From an uncultured delta proteobacterium (GTDB lineage Bacteria > Myxococcota_A > Polyangia > Fen-1088): a DNA stretch of 64,000 nt. Position numbers and translations under genes: made by a program. The stretch lies in contig CAWCMR010000013.1 in assembly GCA_963796685.1 (NCBI GenBank), positions 608,001-672,000 of the forward strand. Direction: 5' to 3'. The notes under the pieces were generated by a model, which searched no databases, was not told where the DNA came from, and saw only the letters and a program-made list of their open reading frames with translations. Each line of letters opens with the position of its first letter. Position 1 is the stretch's first letter. Shown here in pieces: positions 41,730 to 51,682 of this stretch.

Positions 41730-41829
41730 TTTCACCAACTGCGACAGCACAATCGGGCGACTTCATTAGGCATGGACCCGCGGCCCGCGACTTGCTATTC
41801 GATGGCTCCGAAAAGGAAGGAGCCGAACG

Positions 41830-43149
41830 ATGCCACTTACGAAGCCCGTCGAAATCAAGCCCGCCACTGGTAGACTTGGAATCCTTACGCCAGGAATGGG
41901 GGCGGTCGCCACCACCTTCATGGCCGGCGTTGACGCCATCAGGAGAGGACTTGCCAAGCCTATCGGCTCGCTGACCCAGATGGGCACCATCCGGCTCGGT
42001 AAGCGCACCGAAAACCGGTCGCCGCTCATCAAGGATTTCATTCCCCTGGCCAAGCTCGACGACATCGTCTTCGGCGGCTGGGACCTGTTCCCCGACGACG
42101 CCTATCAGGCTGCCAGCAAGGCCGGCGTGCTCAACAAAGAGCACTTGGCGCAAAGCAAGGAATTCCTGTCCGGCATCAAGCCCATGACCTCGGTGTTCGA
42201 GCAGTCCTACGTCAAGCGGCTGACCGCCACCCACGCCAAGAAGGGCAAGTCGAAGATGGATCTGGCCGAGCAGGTCATCGCCGACATCGAGAGCTTCCGC
42301 ACCACCCAGAAAGTGGACCGCTTGGTCATGGTGTGGTGTGGCTCGACCGAGGCCTACCGCGAGGTCGCCCCCGTGCACGCCACCCTGGAGAGCTTCGAGA
42401 AGGGCTTGCGCGAAAGCGACCCGGAAATCGCGCCGTCGCAGGTCTACGCCTACGCCGCGCTCAAATGCCGCGTGCCTTACGCCAACGGCGCCCCCAATCT
42501 GACCGTGGACACGCCGGCCCTGCTGGAGCTCGCGAAGAAGAACGAGGTCCCCGTCGCCGGCAAGGACTTCAAGACCGGCCAGACCTTCATGAAGACCATC
42601 ATCTCGCCAGGCCTCAAGGCGCGTCTGCTCGGCATCGATGGCTGGTACTCGACCAACATCCTGGGCAACCGCGACGGTGAGGTCCTCGACGATCCCGAGT
42701 CGCACAAGACCAAGGAGATGTCCAAGCTCGGCGCCCTCGAGCACATCATGCAGCCATCGCTCTACCCCGACCTGTACGGCAAGATGTGCCACGTGGTGCG
42801 CATCAACTACTACCCTCCCCGAGGCGACAACAAGGAAGGCTGGGACAACATCGACATCTTCGGGTGGATGGGCTACCCGATGCAGATCAAGATCAATTTC
42901 CTGTGCCGCGATTCCATTCTGGCCGCGCCCGTGGTGCTCGATCTGGCCATCTTCATGGATCTCGCACAACGCTCGGGCCTCTCGGGGGTGCAGGAATGGC
43001 TCTCCTTCTACTGGAAGAGCCCCATGACCCCGCCCAGCGTGTACCCGGAGCACGACACCTTCATCCAGCTCATGAAGCTCAAGAACACCCTGCGCTACCT
43101 GCACGGCGAGGAGCTCATCACCCACCTCGGCGCCGAGTACTACGATTGA
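41830..43149 (+). CDS. ino1: myo-Inositol-3-phosphate synthase
   Basis: GMGAVATT, VFGGWD, WCGSTE, YANGAPN, AGKDFKTGQT, WYSTNILGNRDG, GDNKEGWD, CRDSILAAPVVLDL. Confidence 0.93.
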   Translation: MPLTKPVEIKPATGRLGILTPGMGAVATTFMAGVDAIRRGLAKPIGSLTQMGTIRLGKRTENRSPLIKDFIPLAKLDDIVFGGWDLFPDDAYQAASKAGVLNKEHLAQSKEFLSGIKPMTSVFEQSYVKRLTATHAKKGKSKMDLAEQVIADIESFRTTQKVDRLVMVWCGSTEAYREVAPVHATLESFEKGLRESDPEIAPSQVYAYAALKCRVPYANGAPNLTVDTPALLELAKKNEVPVAGKDFKTGQTFMKTIISPGLKARLLGIDGWYSTNILGNRDGEVLDDPESHKTKEMSKLGALEHIMQPSLYPDLYGKMCHVVRINYYPPRGDNKEGWDNIDIFGWMGYPMQIKINFLCRDSILAAPVVLDLAIFMDLAQRSGLSGVQEWLSFYWKSPMTPPSVYPEHDTFIQLMKLKNTLRYLHGEELITHLGAEYYD

Positions 43150-43150
43150 G

Positions 43151-43268
43151 GAGAGGGCGCAGAGAATGCAGCGCTGAAACGCGCTGATCGCAACGAATAG
43201 GGGGCGGATTTAGCGATCCGCCCCCTCCTTCTTTCCGGCCTCTGTGCCCTCGTCTTCCTCTGTGCTCC
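43151..43268. repeat. CAGAG-family inverted repeat overlapping the rarA 3' end
   Basis: GAGGGCGCAGAG (about 43153) pairs imperfectly with CTCTGTGCCCTC (about 43240); related copy at 44612-44643. Confidence 0.45.
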
Positions 43269-44592
43269 CCACGGCCCTGCGTCCACGCAGGGCCGCCAGG
43301 TATTCGCCGATGTCGCGCTCGCGGCCCGACCTCGACGGTTCGTAGTAGCGCCGACCGCGCAGCGCTTCGGGCAGGTAGTCCTCGACCACGTAGTGCCCCT
43401 CGACGTTGTGCGGGTACTGATACCCCTGGCCGAACCCGAGCGACTTGCCCAGCGCCGAGCTGGCGTTGCGCAGGTGCATCGGCACCGGCAAGGCGCCGTG
43501 CTGTTCCACGTCGCGCTTGGCTGCAGCGTAGGTCGTGAGCGCGCTGTTGCTCTTGGGCGCCACCGCGAGATAGATGGCCGCCTGGCTCATGGGTAGGTAC
43601 CCTTCCGGCAAGCCGACGAAGCGGACGGCGTCCGTCGCTGCCATGGCCACGCGCAAGGCATTGGGATCGGCGTTGCCGATGTCCTCCGCGGCAAAGATGA
43701 CCATCCGGCGCAAGATGAACAGCGGCTCTTCGCCCGCCTCGAGCATGCGCGCCATCCAGTACACCGCGGCGTCCGGGTCGCTGCCCCGCATGCTCTTGAT
43801 GAAGGCGCTGACCACCATGAAGTGCTCGTCGCCGGCCTTGTCGTACATCAAGGTCTTGCGTTGCAGGGCCTCCTCCAGGGTCTTGTCGTCGATGAGCCGC
43901 CGGCCGTCCTCGCCCGGCAGCGCGATGTCGGCTGCCGATTCCAGGGCGGACAGGGCGCGCCGGGCGTCCCCCCTCGCCTCGCGGGCCAGCTGGTCGCGGA
44001 TGCGGTCCGGGCAATCGATGGGCAGAAGGCCGAGCCCGCGCTGCGGATTGGCGAGCGCACGGTCGATGATGGCGCGCAAGCTGTCTTCGTCGAGCGGCTT
44101 GAGCACCAGGACCTTGGCGCGCGAGAGCAGCGGCGCATTCACCTCGAAAGATGGGTTCTCGGTGGTCGCCCCGACGAGGATGACCGTACCCGCCTCGACG
44201 TGGGGCAGAAGCGCATCCTGCTGGGCCTTGTTGAAACGGTGAATCTCGTCGATGAAGAGCAGGGTCCGCTCGCCGCGCAGGTTGCGCCGCTGCGCCGCCT
44301 CGGCCACCGCTTCACGAACCTCCTTCACGCCCGACATCACCGCCGAGAGCGCGACGAAGCCGGCCTTGGTTTCCGCGGCCAGAAGCCGACCCAGGGTGGT
44401 CTTCCCCGTGCCCGGCGGTCCCCAGAGGATGAGCGAGGTCATGGCCTGGCCTTCGATCGCGCGTCGCAGCCAGCGCCCAGGGCCAAGCAGGTGCTCCTGT
44501 CCGACGTACTCGGCCAGGCTGGTCGGGCGCATGCGCTCTGCCAAAGGCTGCCCTCGCCTGTCCTTGTCGGCCGCGCGCGCGAAGAGATCCAC
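43210..44592 (-). CDS. rarA: Replication-associated recombination protein A (MgsA/RarA)
   Basis: PLAERMRP, WGPPGTGKTT, FIDEIHRFNKAQQD, GATTENPSF, SAFIKSMRGSDPDAA, EDIGNADP, APKSNS, VPMHLRNA. Confidence 0.95.
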   Translation of the reverse strand: MDLFARAADKDRRGQPLAERMRPTSLAEYVGQEHLLGPGRWLRRAIEGQAMTSLILWGPPGTGKTTLGRLLAAETKAGFVALSAVMSGVKEVREAVAEAAQRRNLRGERTLLFIDEIHRFNKAQQDALLPHVEAGTVILVGATTENPSFEVNAPLLSRAKVLVLKPLDEDSLRAIIDRALANPQRGLGLLPIDCPDRIRDQLAREARGDARRALSALESAADIALPGEDGRRLIDDKTLEEALQRKTLMYDKAGDEHFMVVSAFIKSMRGSDPDAAVYWMARMLEAGEEPLFILRRMVIFAAEDIGNADPNALRVAMAATDAVRFVGLPEGYLPMSQAAIYLAVAPKSNSALTTYAAAKRDVEQHGALPVPMHLRNASSALGKSLGFGQGYQYPHNVEGHYVVEDYLPEALRGRRYYEPSRSGRERDIGEYLAALRGRRAVGSTEEDEGTEAGKKEGADR

Positions 44593-44695
44593 GGCGCCAT
44601 TATGGACTAGAGAGGGCGCAGAGGAGGGGAGAGTTCACAGAGGATATGTTTTACGTATTTGACGTCCGGCCCTGTCCGATGGACGCTTCCTCGAC

Positions 44696-46228
44696 ATGCG
44701 TTTTCGCCATCTTCCCTGGGCCATGCTGTGGCTCTTTCTCACCCCGCAATCGGGGAGTACCCAATCGATCGACGGCGGAGCGACGATCGCCACGCCAGTC
44801 CCCGCACCGCCGAAAGACCTCGATGCTCGGCGCGCGTGGCTCAAGGCTCGCATCGACGAGATCCTAAGTGCCCCGACCCTGGCGCACGCCAAGGTGTCCA
44901 TCGCGGTGATGGATCCCGAAAGTGGCAAGCTCCTCTACGCCAAGAACGAAAAGACCGGGCTGAACGCCGCCTCCAACGTGAAAATCGTCACCGAGGCCGC
45001 CAGCCTGGCCCTGCTCGGACCGGAGTTCCGCTGGAAGACCACGGTGCTTGGCGCCGCTGCGACTGAGGGCGGGAAGGCGATTTCCGCTGGCGAGCTGCGC
45101 GGTGACCTCTACGTCAAGACCTCGGGCGACCCGACGCTGTCGACCCAAGATTTGAATGAGCTGGCGGCTGGCCTCGCCGCATCCGGGTTACGTAAGGTGC
45201 GCGGCGCCCTGGTCGTCGACACCAGCGCCTTCGACGGAGCCACCGTGCCCCCTGCCTTCGAGCAGAAGAACGACTCCGCCGCCTTTCGCGCGCCCTCTTC
45301 CGCAGCCTCGTTGAATGAAAACGCGATCACCGTCATCGTCACTCCCGCGGCCGCAGCCGGCGCGCCCGCCCGAGTCGTTCTCGACCCGGCATCAGCGGCT
45401 GTGGCGCTGAGTGGAACCGTGACCACGGCGACCAAGGGACCCGCGGTGCTCAAGGTCGAAACCGCCGACGCTGGCGGCGGGCTGACCCGTGTCACCGTCG
45501 CGGGCCGCGTTCTTCTTGGTTCCGAACCGCGCGTGCTTCAACGCCGCGTGGTCTCGCCCGAGACCTATTTCGCCCAGACCTTCAAACAGGTCCTTGCCAA
45601 GCGCGGTATCGTCATCGACAAAGCGCCGCGCATGGACCACGCGCCCAAGGACGGGCTGCGCGTGTTGGCCTCGCACGAATCGCCGCCCCTGGCGGTCGTG
45701 GTGCAGGACATGGGCAAGCGCTCCATCAATTTTGCGGCCGAGCAGCTTCTGCGCACGCTCGGGGCGGAGACGCTCGGACGGCCAGGTACCTGGCAAAAGG
45801 GGTTGGAGTCCGTCGCGCACTACCTCGAAGGCATCGGCATTCCGCGGGCAACCTACGTGATGAAGAACGGGTCCGGCCTCTACGATTCCAACCGTTTCTC
45901 CTCCGACCAGATGGTTTTGGTTCTGCGCGCGGCCATGCGTGACTTCCGCATGGCCAGCGAATTTCTGGCCTCCTTGGCCGTGGGCGGCGCCGACGGCACG
46001 CTGGCCCACCGCATGACAGGCTCTGCTTCGGAACGCTACGTGCGCGCCAAGACCGGCACGCTGACCAACGTGAGCTGCCTGTCCGGCATCGCGGGTGCGC
46101 CGGGCAACAAACCGCTCATCTTCTCTATTCTGATGAACGACGTGCCATCCCCGGTCGCAGCGCGCGCGGCCCAGGATCGCATCACCTCGGTCTTGGTCGC
46201 CTTCCTCGATCCCGCGCTCGCCAAGTAG
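44696..46228 (+). CDS. dacB: D-Ala-D-Ala carboxypeptidase/endopeptidase PBP4 (peptidase S13)
   Basis: ASNVK (SxxK), SGDPTL, SIN (SxN), NGSGL, AKTGTL. Confidence 0.92.
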   Translation: MRFRHLPWAMLWLFLTPQSGSTQSIDGGATIATPVPAPPKDLDARRAWLKARIDEILSAPTLAHAKVSIAVMDPESGKLLYAKNEKTGLNAASNVKIVTEAASLALLGPEFRWKTTVLGAAATEGGKAISAGELRGDLYVKTSGDPTLSTQDLNELAAGLAASGLRKVRGALVVDTSAFDGATVPPAFEQKNDSAAFRAPSSAASLNENAITVIVTPAAAAGAPARVVLDPASAAVALSGTVTTATKGPAVLKVETADAGGGLTRVTVAGRVLLGSEPRVLQRRVVSPETYFAQTFKQVLAKRGIVIDKAPRMDHAPKDGLRVLASHESPPLAVVVQDMGKRSINFAAEQLLRTLGAETLGRPGTWQKGLESVAHYLEGIGIPRATYVMKNGSGLYDSNRFSSDQMVLVLRAAMRDFRMASEFLASLAVGGADGTLAHRMTGSASERYVRAKTGTLTNVSCLSGIAGAPGNKPLIFSILMNDVPSPVAARAAQDRITSVLVAFLDPALAK

Positions 46229-46266
46229 CGAGCGAACCGCTGCTCGGGCCGTGGCATAGTGAGGCC

Positions 46267-47976
46267 GTGACCGAGCCCAGCAAGAACGAATCCAAGGAGA
46301 ATCTCGTCGCCCTCTCGCAGTACCGCGCTCGTCTGGCGCGGGGACAGCGCGCGCGCCGGGCCGACGAGCTCTGGGACGCACCGGATCCGCAAGCCGCCAT
46401 CCGGGCCTTACCGCCGGACGAGTTCTACTACGTCATCCACGAGATGGGCTTTCCGGACGCGCTGGAGGTGCTGGTCCATGGGACGGCCGAGCAGATCCAG
46501 ACCGTCCTCGACTTTTCGGTCTGGGATCGCGATCGCCTGGCACTGGAGAAGTCCGACGAGTGGCTGGCTGCCTTGGTCGAGGCCCCGCCCGAGACCCTGG
46601 GCAAGTGGGCCCAGGGTATCGATGTCGAGCTTCTCGCCCTGCTCCTGCGCAAGCGTGCGCGCATCTACGACCTGTCGCTGGAAGAGGCGCCGGACAACCC
46701 CGAGGGCGTGCTGTGGGACTCGCCCGACCGCCTGTTCACCCTAGAATTCGTCGGGGAGCCCGATCATGTCCGGGTTACGCAGCGCCTGGTCGACAGCCTG
46801 TATCGCTATTCGCCGGTCATGATGCGGCGGCTGCTGGTGGGCATGCGTGCCGAGGACGACGCCGAGATGGAGGAAACGGCCTACCGCTGGCGCTCGGGCC
46901 GCATGGCAGACCTGGGCTTCGTCGACTTCTACGAGGCCCTGGTCGCATACCAGGAGCTGGATCCCGCCACCGTGCGCATCGAGGCAAGCCCGGCCCCCAG
47001 CCTGCGACCACGCGGCGAGCCCATCGACGACGTCCATCTGCGCCTGCCGGTGGTCGTGACGGAGCGACTGTCGGGCAAGACGCCCTTCGCGCGAGCCGTG
47101 GGCGGCCTGCAGAGCCGCGAAGAGACAGCCGACCTGCACTTCGCCCTGGTCGCCTTGTGCAACCGCGTCCTGGCCGCCGATCGCGTCGAGCCCAGCGATG
47201 AAGAGGGAATTCGAACCGCGCTGGAACGGTTGTCCGCCACCCTGGACCTCGCGGTCGAATTCCTGGCCCACGGTGCCGGAGATCGCGAAACCGCCGCCGT
47301 ACGCACGGTGCCGTTGCTCAAGCTGCACCGGCTGGGGGTGAGCCTCATCGGAAAGCTGCGCCGATTGGCGACCTCGCTCGTAGGCAAGAACCCCTTCGCC
47401 GTGCTCCGGCCGGCCATCGACATCTTCGAGCCCGAGGATGGCGACGTTCTGGCTTGCCTGTCGCGCACGCGGCCCGTGTATCCGAGAGCCTTGGACACGC
47501 CGCCTGCCCCAGGCGAGCGGCCCTTCGGCGGCCTGGCGGATCTCGCCACCGCCGCCCAGGCCGTCTCGCGGGCTGCGGCCACAGTGGAGCTGCTCACCAG
47601 GCTCGGCGTTCGGCCGGAGCAGCTCGTGCCGGAGGCGCTCGATGCTCTGGCCAAGGCCAGCCTCGGAGATGCCGAATTCAGCATCGACCCGGCCGGTATC
47701 GACGCGGGTGTATTGGCGCGCACCGTGCTGGTGGCGAGGCTCCTCGGAGACAAAAGCGCGCCCCTGGCCGTGCTTCCGGCAGCCTCCATTCGAAAGTTCA
47801 AGAAAGACTTTAACTCAGGGAACCAACTGCCCGAAAGCGTGACATTCCAAGTATCCGCAATGCTTCGACCATCGGGCGCCTCCTCGCCCCTGGACGAGCC
47901 CGCCCACGCGATCGCGGCCCGCTGGCTCGGCAGCCTCTGTCCGCTTGGCCCGCTTCTCGGGCACCCCAGGCCGTAG
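46267..47976 (+). CDS. DUF6178-like conserved hypothetical protein
   Basis: QTVLDFSVWDRD, EETAYRWRSGRMADLGF motifs; GC3-rich codon usage. Confidence 0.65.
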   Translation: MTEPSKNESKENLVALSQYRARLARGQRARRADELWDAPDPQAAIRALPPDEFYYVIHEMGFPDALEVLVHGTAEQIQTVLDFSVWDRDRLALEKSDEWLAALVEAPPETLGKWAQGIDVELLALLLRKRARIYDLSLEEAPDNPEGVLWDSPDRLFTLEFVGEPDHVRVTQRLVDSLYRYSPVMMRRLLVGMRAEDDAEMEETAYRWRSGRMADLGFVDFYEALVAYQELDPATVRIEASPAPSLRPRGEPIDDVHLRLPVVVTERLSGKTPFARAVGGLQSREETADLHFALVALCNRVLAADRVEPSDEEGIRTALERLSATLDLAVEFLAHGAGDRETAAVRTVPLLKLHRLGVSLIGKLRRLATSLVGKNPFAVLRPAIDIFEPEDGDVLACLSRTRPVYPRALDTPPAPGERPFGGLADLATAAQAVSRAAATVELLTRLGVRPEQLVPEALDALAKASLGDAEFSIDPAGIDAGVLARTVLVARLLGDKSAPLAVLPAASIRKFKKDFNSGNQLPESVTFQVSAMLRPSGASSPLDEPAHAIAARWLGSLCPLGPLLGHPRP

Positions 47977-48007
47977 TCCTCTAACAGAAGAGGAGGCCTC
48001 TATGGCC

Positions 48008-48158
48008 TCTAAGGAAGCCAGGAAGCCAGGAATTGGTGGTGGGTCCCGGCCGATGAAGCCCAACCTCACTGCCGCGATACAGGATCGGCACGGCTAGACT
48101 AGCTGTCGCTCAGAGCACTGAGTGTTCTCTTTCTTCCTGCTTTCCTGGCTTCCTTAGA
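48008..48158. repeat. Intergenic element with 25-bp imperfect terminal inverted repeats built of 9-nt CCAGGAAG units
   Basis: TCTAAGGAAGCCAGGAAGCCAGGAA (48008-48032) vs TTCCTGCTTTCCTGGCTTCCTTAGA (48134-48158), 2 mismatches. Confidence 0.75.
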
Positions 48159-48350
48159 CACTATCGGCCCCGTGCCTTGGGCGTTGCGTGGGCTGACCCC
48201 CCCAAATCAGTTTGGCACCCACGCCACTTCGATGCCTTGACATTTCCTGGCATATCGCTGTACGTGAGAACCTCTCAACAAACCGCAACCCTTCGGGAAT
48301 AAGCCGGCGAGCCCAGATGTTAATGCGCCGGCTAATCGAGCGAGGTAGCA

Positions 48351-49313
48351 ATGGCAGACGTGATGATCAAGGTCGAGAATTTGACCAAGGAATACGGCGA
48401 GAACCGCGCCGTGGACCAAGTGTCCTTCAACGTGCACAAGGGCGAGGTGCTCGGATTTCTTGGCCCGAACGGTGCCGGCAAGTCCACCACCATGAAGATC
48501 CTGACCTGCTTTCTGGCCCCCACTTCGGGCAGCGCACAGGTTGCGGGCTTCGACGTCTTCGACCAGTCGCTGGAGGTCCGGCAGCACGTCGGATACCTTC
48601 CGGAGGACACACCCCTTTACCGGGACATGACCGTGCTCGAGCATCTCGAGTTCGCCGCCAACATGCACGGCATGGGCGGCGACCGGGTGCACGCGCGTAT
48701 CAAGGAGATCGGCGGCCGCTGCGGCCTTGCCGAGGTGGCTGGCAAGCTGGTGGGCGAGCTGTCCAAGGGCTACCGGCAACGCGTCGGCCTGGCCCAGGCC
48801 ATGTTGCACGATCCCGACATCCTCATCCTCGACGAGCCTACGAGCGGCCTCGATCCCAACCAGATCGCCGAGATCCGTGCCCTCATCAAGGAGGTCGGCA
48901 AGGAGAAGACGGTCATCCTGTCGACCCACATCCTGCCCGAGGTACAGGCCACCTGCAGCCGCATGCTCATCATCAGCGGCGGCAAGCTGGTCGCCGATGG
49001 CACGCCGGACGAGTTGCGCGCCCGCGAGAAAGCGACGCGCTACCGGCTGGTCGTCGAGGCCAACGGCGCCACCCCGGAAGCGATCAAGAACAAGGTCACC
49101 GGGATCTCCGGCGTGGTCCATTGCCTGGGCGTCCCGGGCGAGGCCGGCACGCATACCTTCGATATCGATGGCGAGGCGAAGAACGACCTGCGCAAGCAGC
49201 TCTTCCGCGCCGCCGTGGAACAGAAATGGACATTGCTCGAGCTGACACGTCAGGCGGCCAGCCTGGAAGATGTATTCCGCAACCTCACCACCGGCGAGGA
49301 GCACCGATCATGA
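48351..49313 (+). CDS. ABC transporter ATP-binding protein (GldA-like)
   Basis: GPNGAGKSTT, LSKGYRQRVG, ILDEPTSGLDP, STH. Confidence 0.93.
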   Translation: MADVMIKVENLTKEYGENRAVDQVSFNVHKGEVLGFLGPNGAGKSTTMKILTCFLAPTSGSAQVAGFDVFDQSLEVRQHVGYLPEDTPLYRDMTVLEHLEFAANMHGMGGDRVHARIKEIGGRCGLAEVAGKLVGELSKGYRQRVGLAQAMLHDPDILILDEPTSGLDPNQIAEIRALIKEVGKEKTVILSTHILPEVQATCSRMLIISGGKLVADGTPDELRAREKATRYRLVVEANGATPEAIKNKVTGISGVVHCLGVPGEAGTHTFDIDGEAKNDLRKQLFRAAVEQKWTLLELTRQAASLEDVFRNLTTGEEHRS

Positions 49314-50020
49314 GTACCGCCGTTACCGTCGCCAAGCGCGAGATCAAGACCTACTTCAATTCGCCCGTGGCCTACATCGTGGTCACGGTGTTCATGCTCA
49401 TCGCGGGCTACCTGTACTGGAGCCAGCTCTTCCTCGAGAAGCAGGCTGAGCTACGCTACTACTTCACCCTGACCCCGCTTATCTTCACCTTCATCATCCC
49501 GGCCATCACCATGCGCCTGCTCGCCGAAGAGAAAGGCAGCGGCACGCTGGAGATGCTCATCACCATGCCGGTGCGGGACTGGGAGGTGGTGCTGGGCAAG
49601 TTCCTGGCCGGCATGGCCATGCTGGCGGCCATCGTGGGCATGACCTGCTTCTATGCCGTCAGCCTGCTTATGCTCGGTCCGGTGGACAGGGGTCCCCTCA
49701 TCACCGGGTACGTGGGGCTCTTGCTCATGGGCGGCTCCTACGTCGCCATCGGAGTCATGGCCTCGGCGCTCACGCGCAACCAGATCGTGGCCTTCATCCT
49801 GGCCTTCGCCATCTCGTTTGCGCTCTTCATCTTCGGTCAGGTCACGCAATACGCGCCGGACTGGATCGCACCGGTGCTGGCCTTCCTCAGCATGGGTAAC
49901 CATTTCGAGTCGCTCTCCCGCGGGGTCATCGACTCCCGCGACGTCGTCTATTATGTGTCCGTGATGGTGGTCGCCCTGGTCATCGCCACGGCTTCGCTGC
50001 AATCCCGCAAGTGGAAGTAA
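49310..50020 (+). CDS. ABC-2 permease (GldF-like)
   Basis: YFNSPVAY, PAITMRLLAEEKGSGTLEML.T.P, VLGKF, RGVID; multiple TM helices. Confidence 0.9.
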   Translation: MSTAVTVAKREIKTYFNSPVAYIVVTVFMLIAGYLYWSQLFLEKQAELRYYFTLTPLIFTFIIPAITMRLLAEEKGSGTLEMLITMPVRDWEVVLGKFLAGMAMLAAIVGMTCFYAVSLLMLGPVDRGPLITGYVGLLLMGGSYVAIGVMASALTRNQIVAFILAFAISFALFIFGQVTQYAPDWIAPVLAFLSMGNHFESLSRGVIDSRDVVYYVSVMVVALVIATASLQSRKWK

Positions 50021-50035
50021 GGGAGAGGCAACGTC

Positions 50036-51668
50036 ATGTCGATATCCAGCAAGAAAAAGAGTTTCGCCTCCAACGTCATTCTCTATGCGACCTTCGTCGC
50101 GGGCACGGTGGTCCTCGTCAACCTCATCGGCACACGCGTCTTCGGCAGGCTCGACCTGACCGAGAAGCACATCTACACGCTGTCGCAGGCCTCGAAAGAC
50201 CTGGTCAAGAACCTGCCCGACTATCTTTCGGTCAAGGCCTACATCTCGAAGGATCTGCCACCCGAGATCAAGCGCCTGTCGCGCGACGTGCGCGACAAGC
50301 TCGACGACTACCGATCGAGCTCGAATGGCAAGTTCCGCTGGGAGGCCGTCGACCCGACCTCGGACAAGAAGCTCGAGGAAGAGGCCTCTCGCTGCAAGGT
50401 CCAGAAGGTCGAGATCCAGAAGGTCAGCAACTCGAAGTTCGAGCTCGGCGCCTATTACCTCGGGCTGTGCCTGCAGTACGGCGACAAGACCGAAGCCATC
50501 CCGCAGATCGTGAACGATGCCGGGCTCGAATACCAGCTCTCGTCGCTCATCAAGAAGATGACGGTGAAGAAGAAGAAGATTGCCTTCACCACCGGGCACG
50601 GCGAGAGCGATCTCAACCAGGGCTTGCAGGCGCTCAAGCAAGACATCGAGCAGGAATACGATGTCACTACGGTCAACCCATCGACGACCGAGATCGGCGC
50701 CGATGTCGACGCCTTGGTGGTGGCTGGTCCGCACCAAGCCATCGACGACAAGGGCCTACGCGAGATCGACCGCTTCCTCATGACCGGCCGAGGCGCCGTC
50801 CTTCTTGCGCCCGGCATGGCAGCAGGATCGGCCGGCGCGCGCGGCATGGAGAGCATGAAGATGTTGCAGGGCAACGACGACGGCCTGGGCAAGATTCTTG
50901 GGGACCTACGGCTTCAAGGTGGGTCAGGATATCGTCATCGACCCGCAGGGCGCGGCGCCCGGGGTGATGGACGTGGGCGGCGGGCGGCGAGCCCTGGTGA
51001 CCATGCCGGCTTTCGTGGCCGCCGCGGCGGACAAGGCGCCGGGACTCTCGGTGCTCGAAGGCATACGCGGCGTGATCTTCCCCTACGCCAGCCCCGTCGA
51101 GCTGACCGGCCCCCTGGCGGGCGGGAACGTGCCGGCGGGCGGAAAGCTTTGGCGCCTGGCCGCCTCGTCGCCTTCCAGCTACACCCACTCCGGTTTCGCC
51201 CTCATCGGCCCCGACATGAAGTTCGAGCCCGGCAAGGAGTTCGGCTCCTACGCCTTCGGCTATGCTTACCAGGGTCCGCTCAAGAGTGCCTTCGTGACCG
51301 CTCCACCAGAGTCGGTCTCCGCGACCAGCAAGCAACCCCTTGCCGAATCCCAGAAGCCGGTACGGCTGGTGGTCATCGGCAACGCTGCCTTCGCCAACGA
51401 CGAATGGACGCAACTCGCGCGCTTCCTGCCGGTGTACGGGGCGGGCGCCCAGCTGCTGTACAACGCCATCGGCTGGACCGTGGAGGACGAGGCTCTCATC
51501 CCCTTGCGCTCCAAGACCATGGACAGCCGGCAACTCCCGGCCATCTCCGAGGCCAAGGCCAGCGCCGTGGAGTGGGTGAACATCCTCGGCCTGCCCATGG
51601 TGTTCTGTCTCTACGGTGTCGGCCGCTGGCGGCTACGCAAGTCCAACCGCATGAACCAACGACTCTAA
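50036..51668 (+). CDS. GldG-like ABC accessory protein (+1 frameshift at about 50894)
   Basis: RLDLT....YTLS..SK, EYQLSSLI, FTTGHGE, RLVVIG, YNAIGW; two ORFs join as GKILGTYGFKV. Confidence 0.85.
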
Positions 51669-51682
51669 CTTCGAGGTAGACG

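Noticed and set aside
48212-49309. 602-aa permease with a long N-terminal domain
   Set aside because: The N-terminal part overlaps the ABC ATPase in another frame; the real start is ATG 49310.
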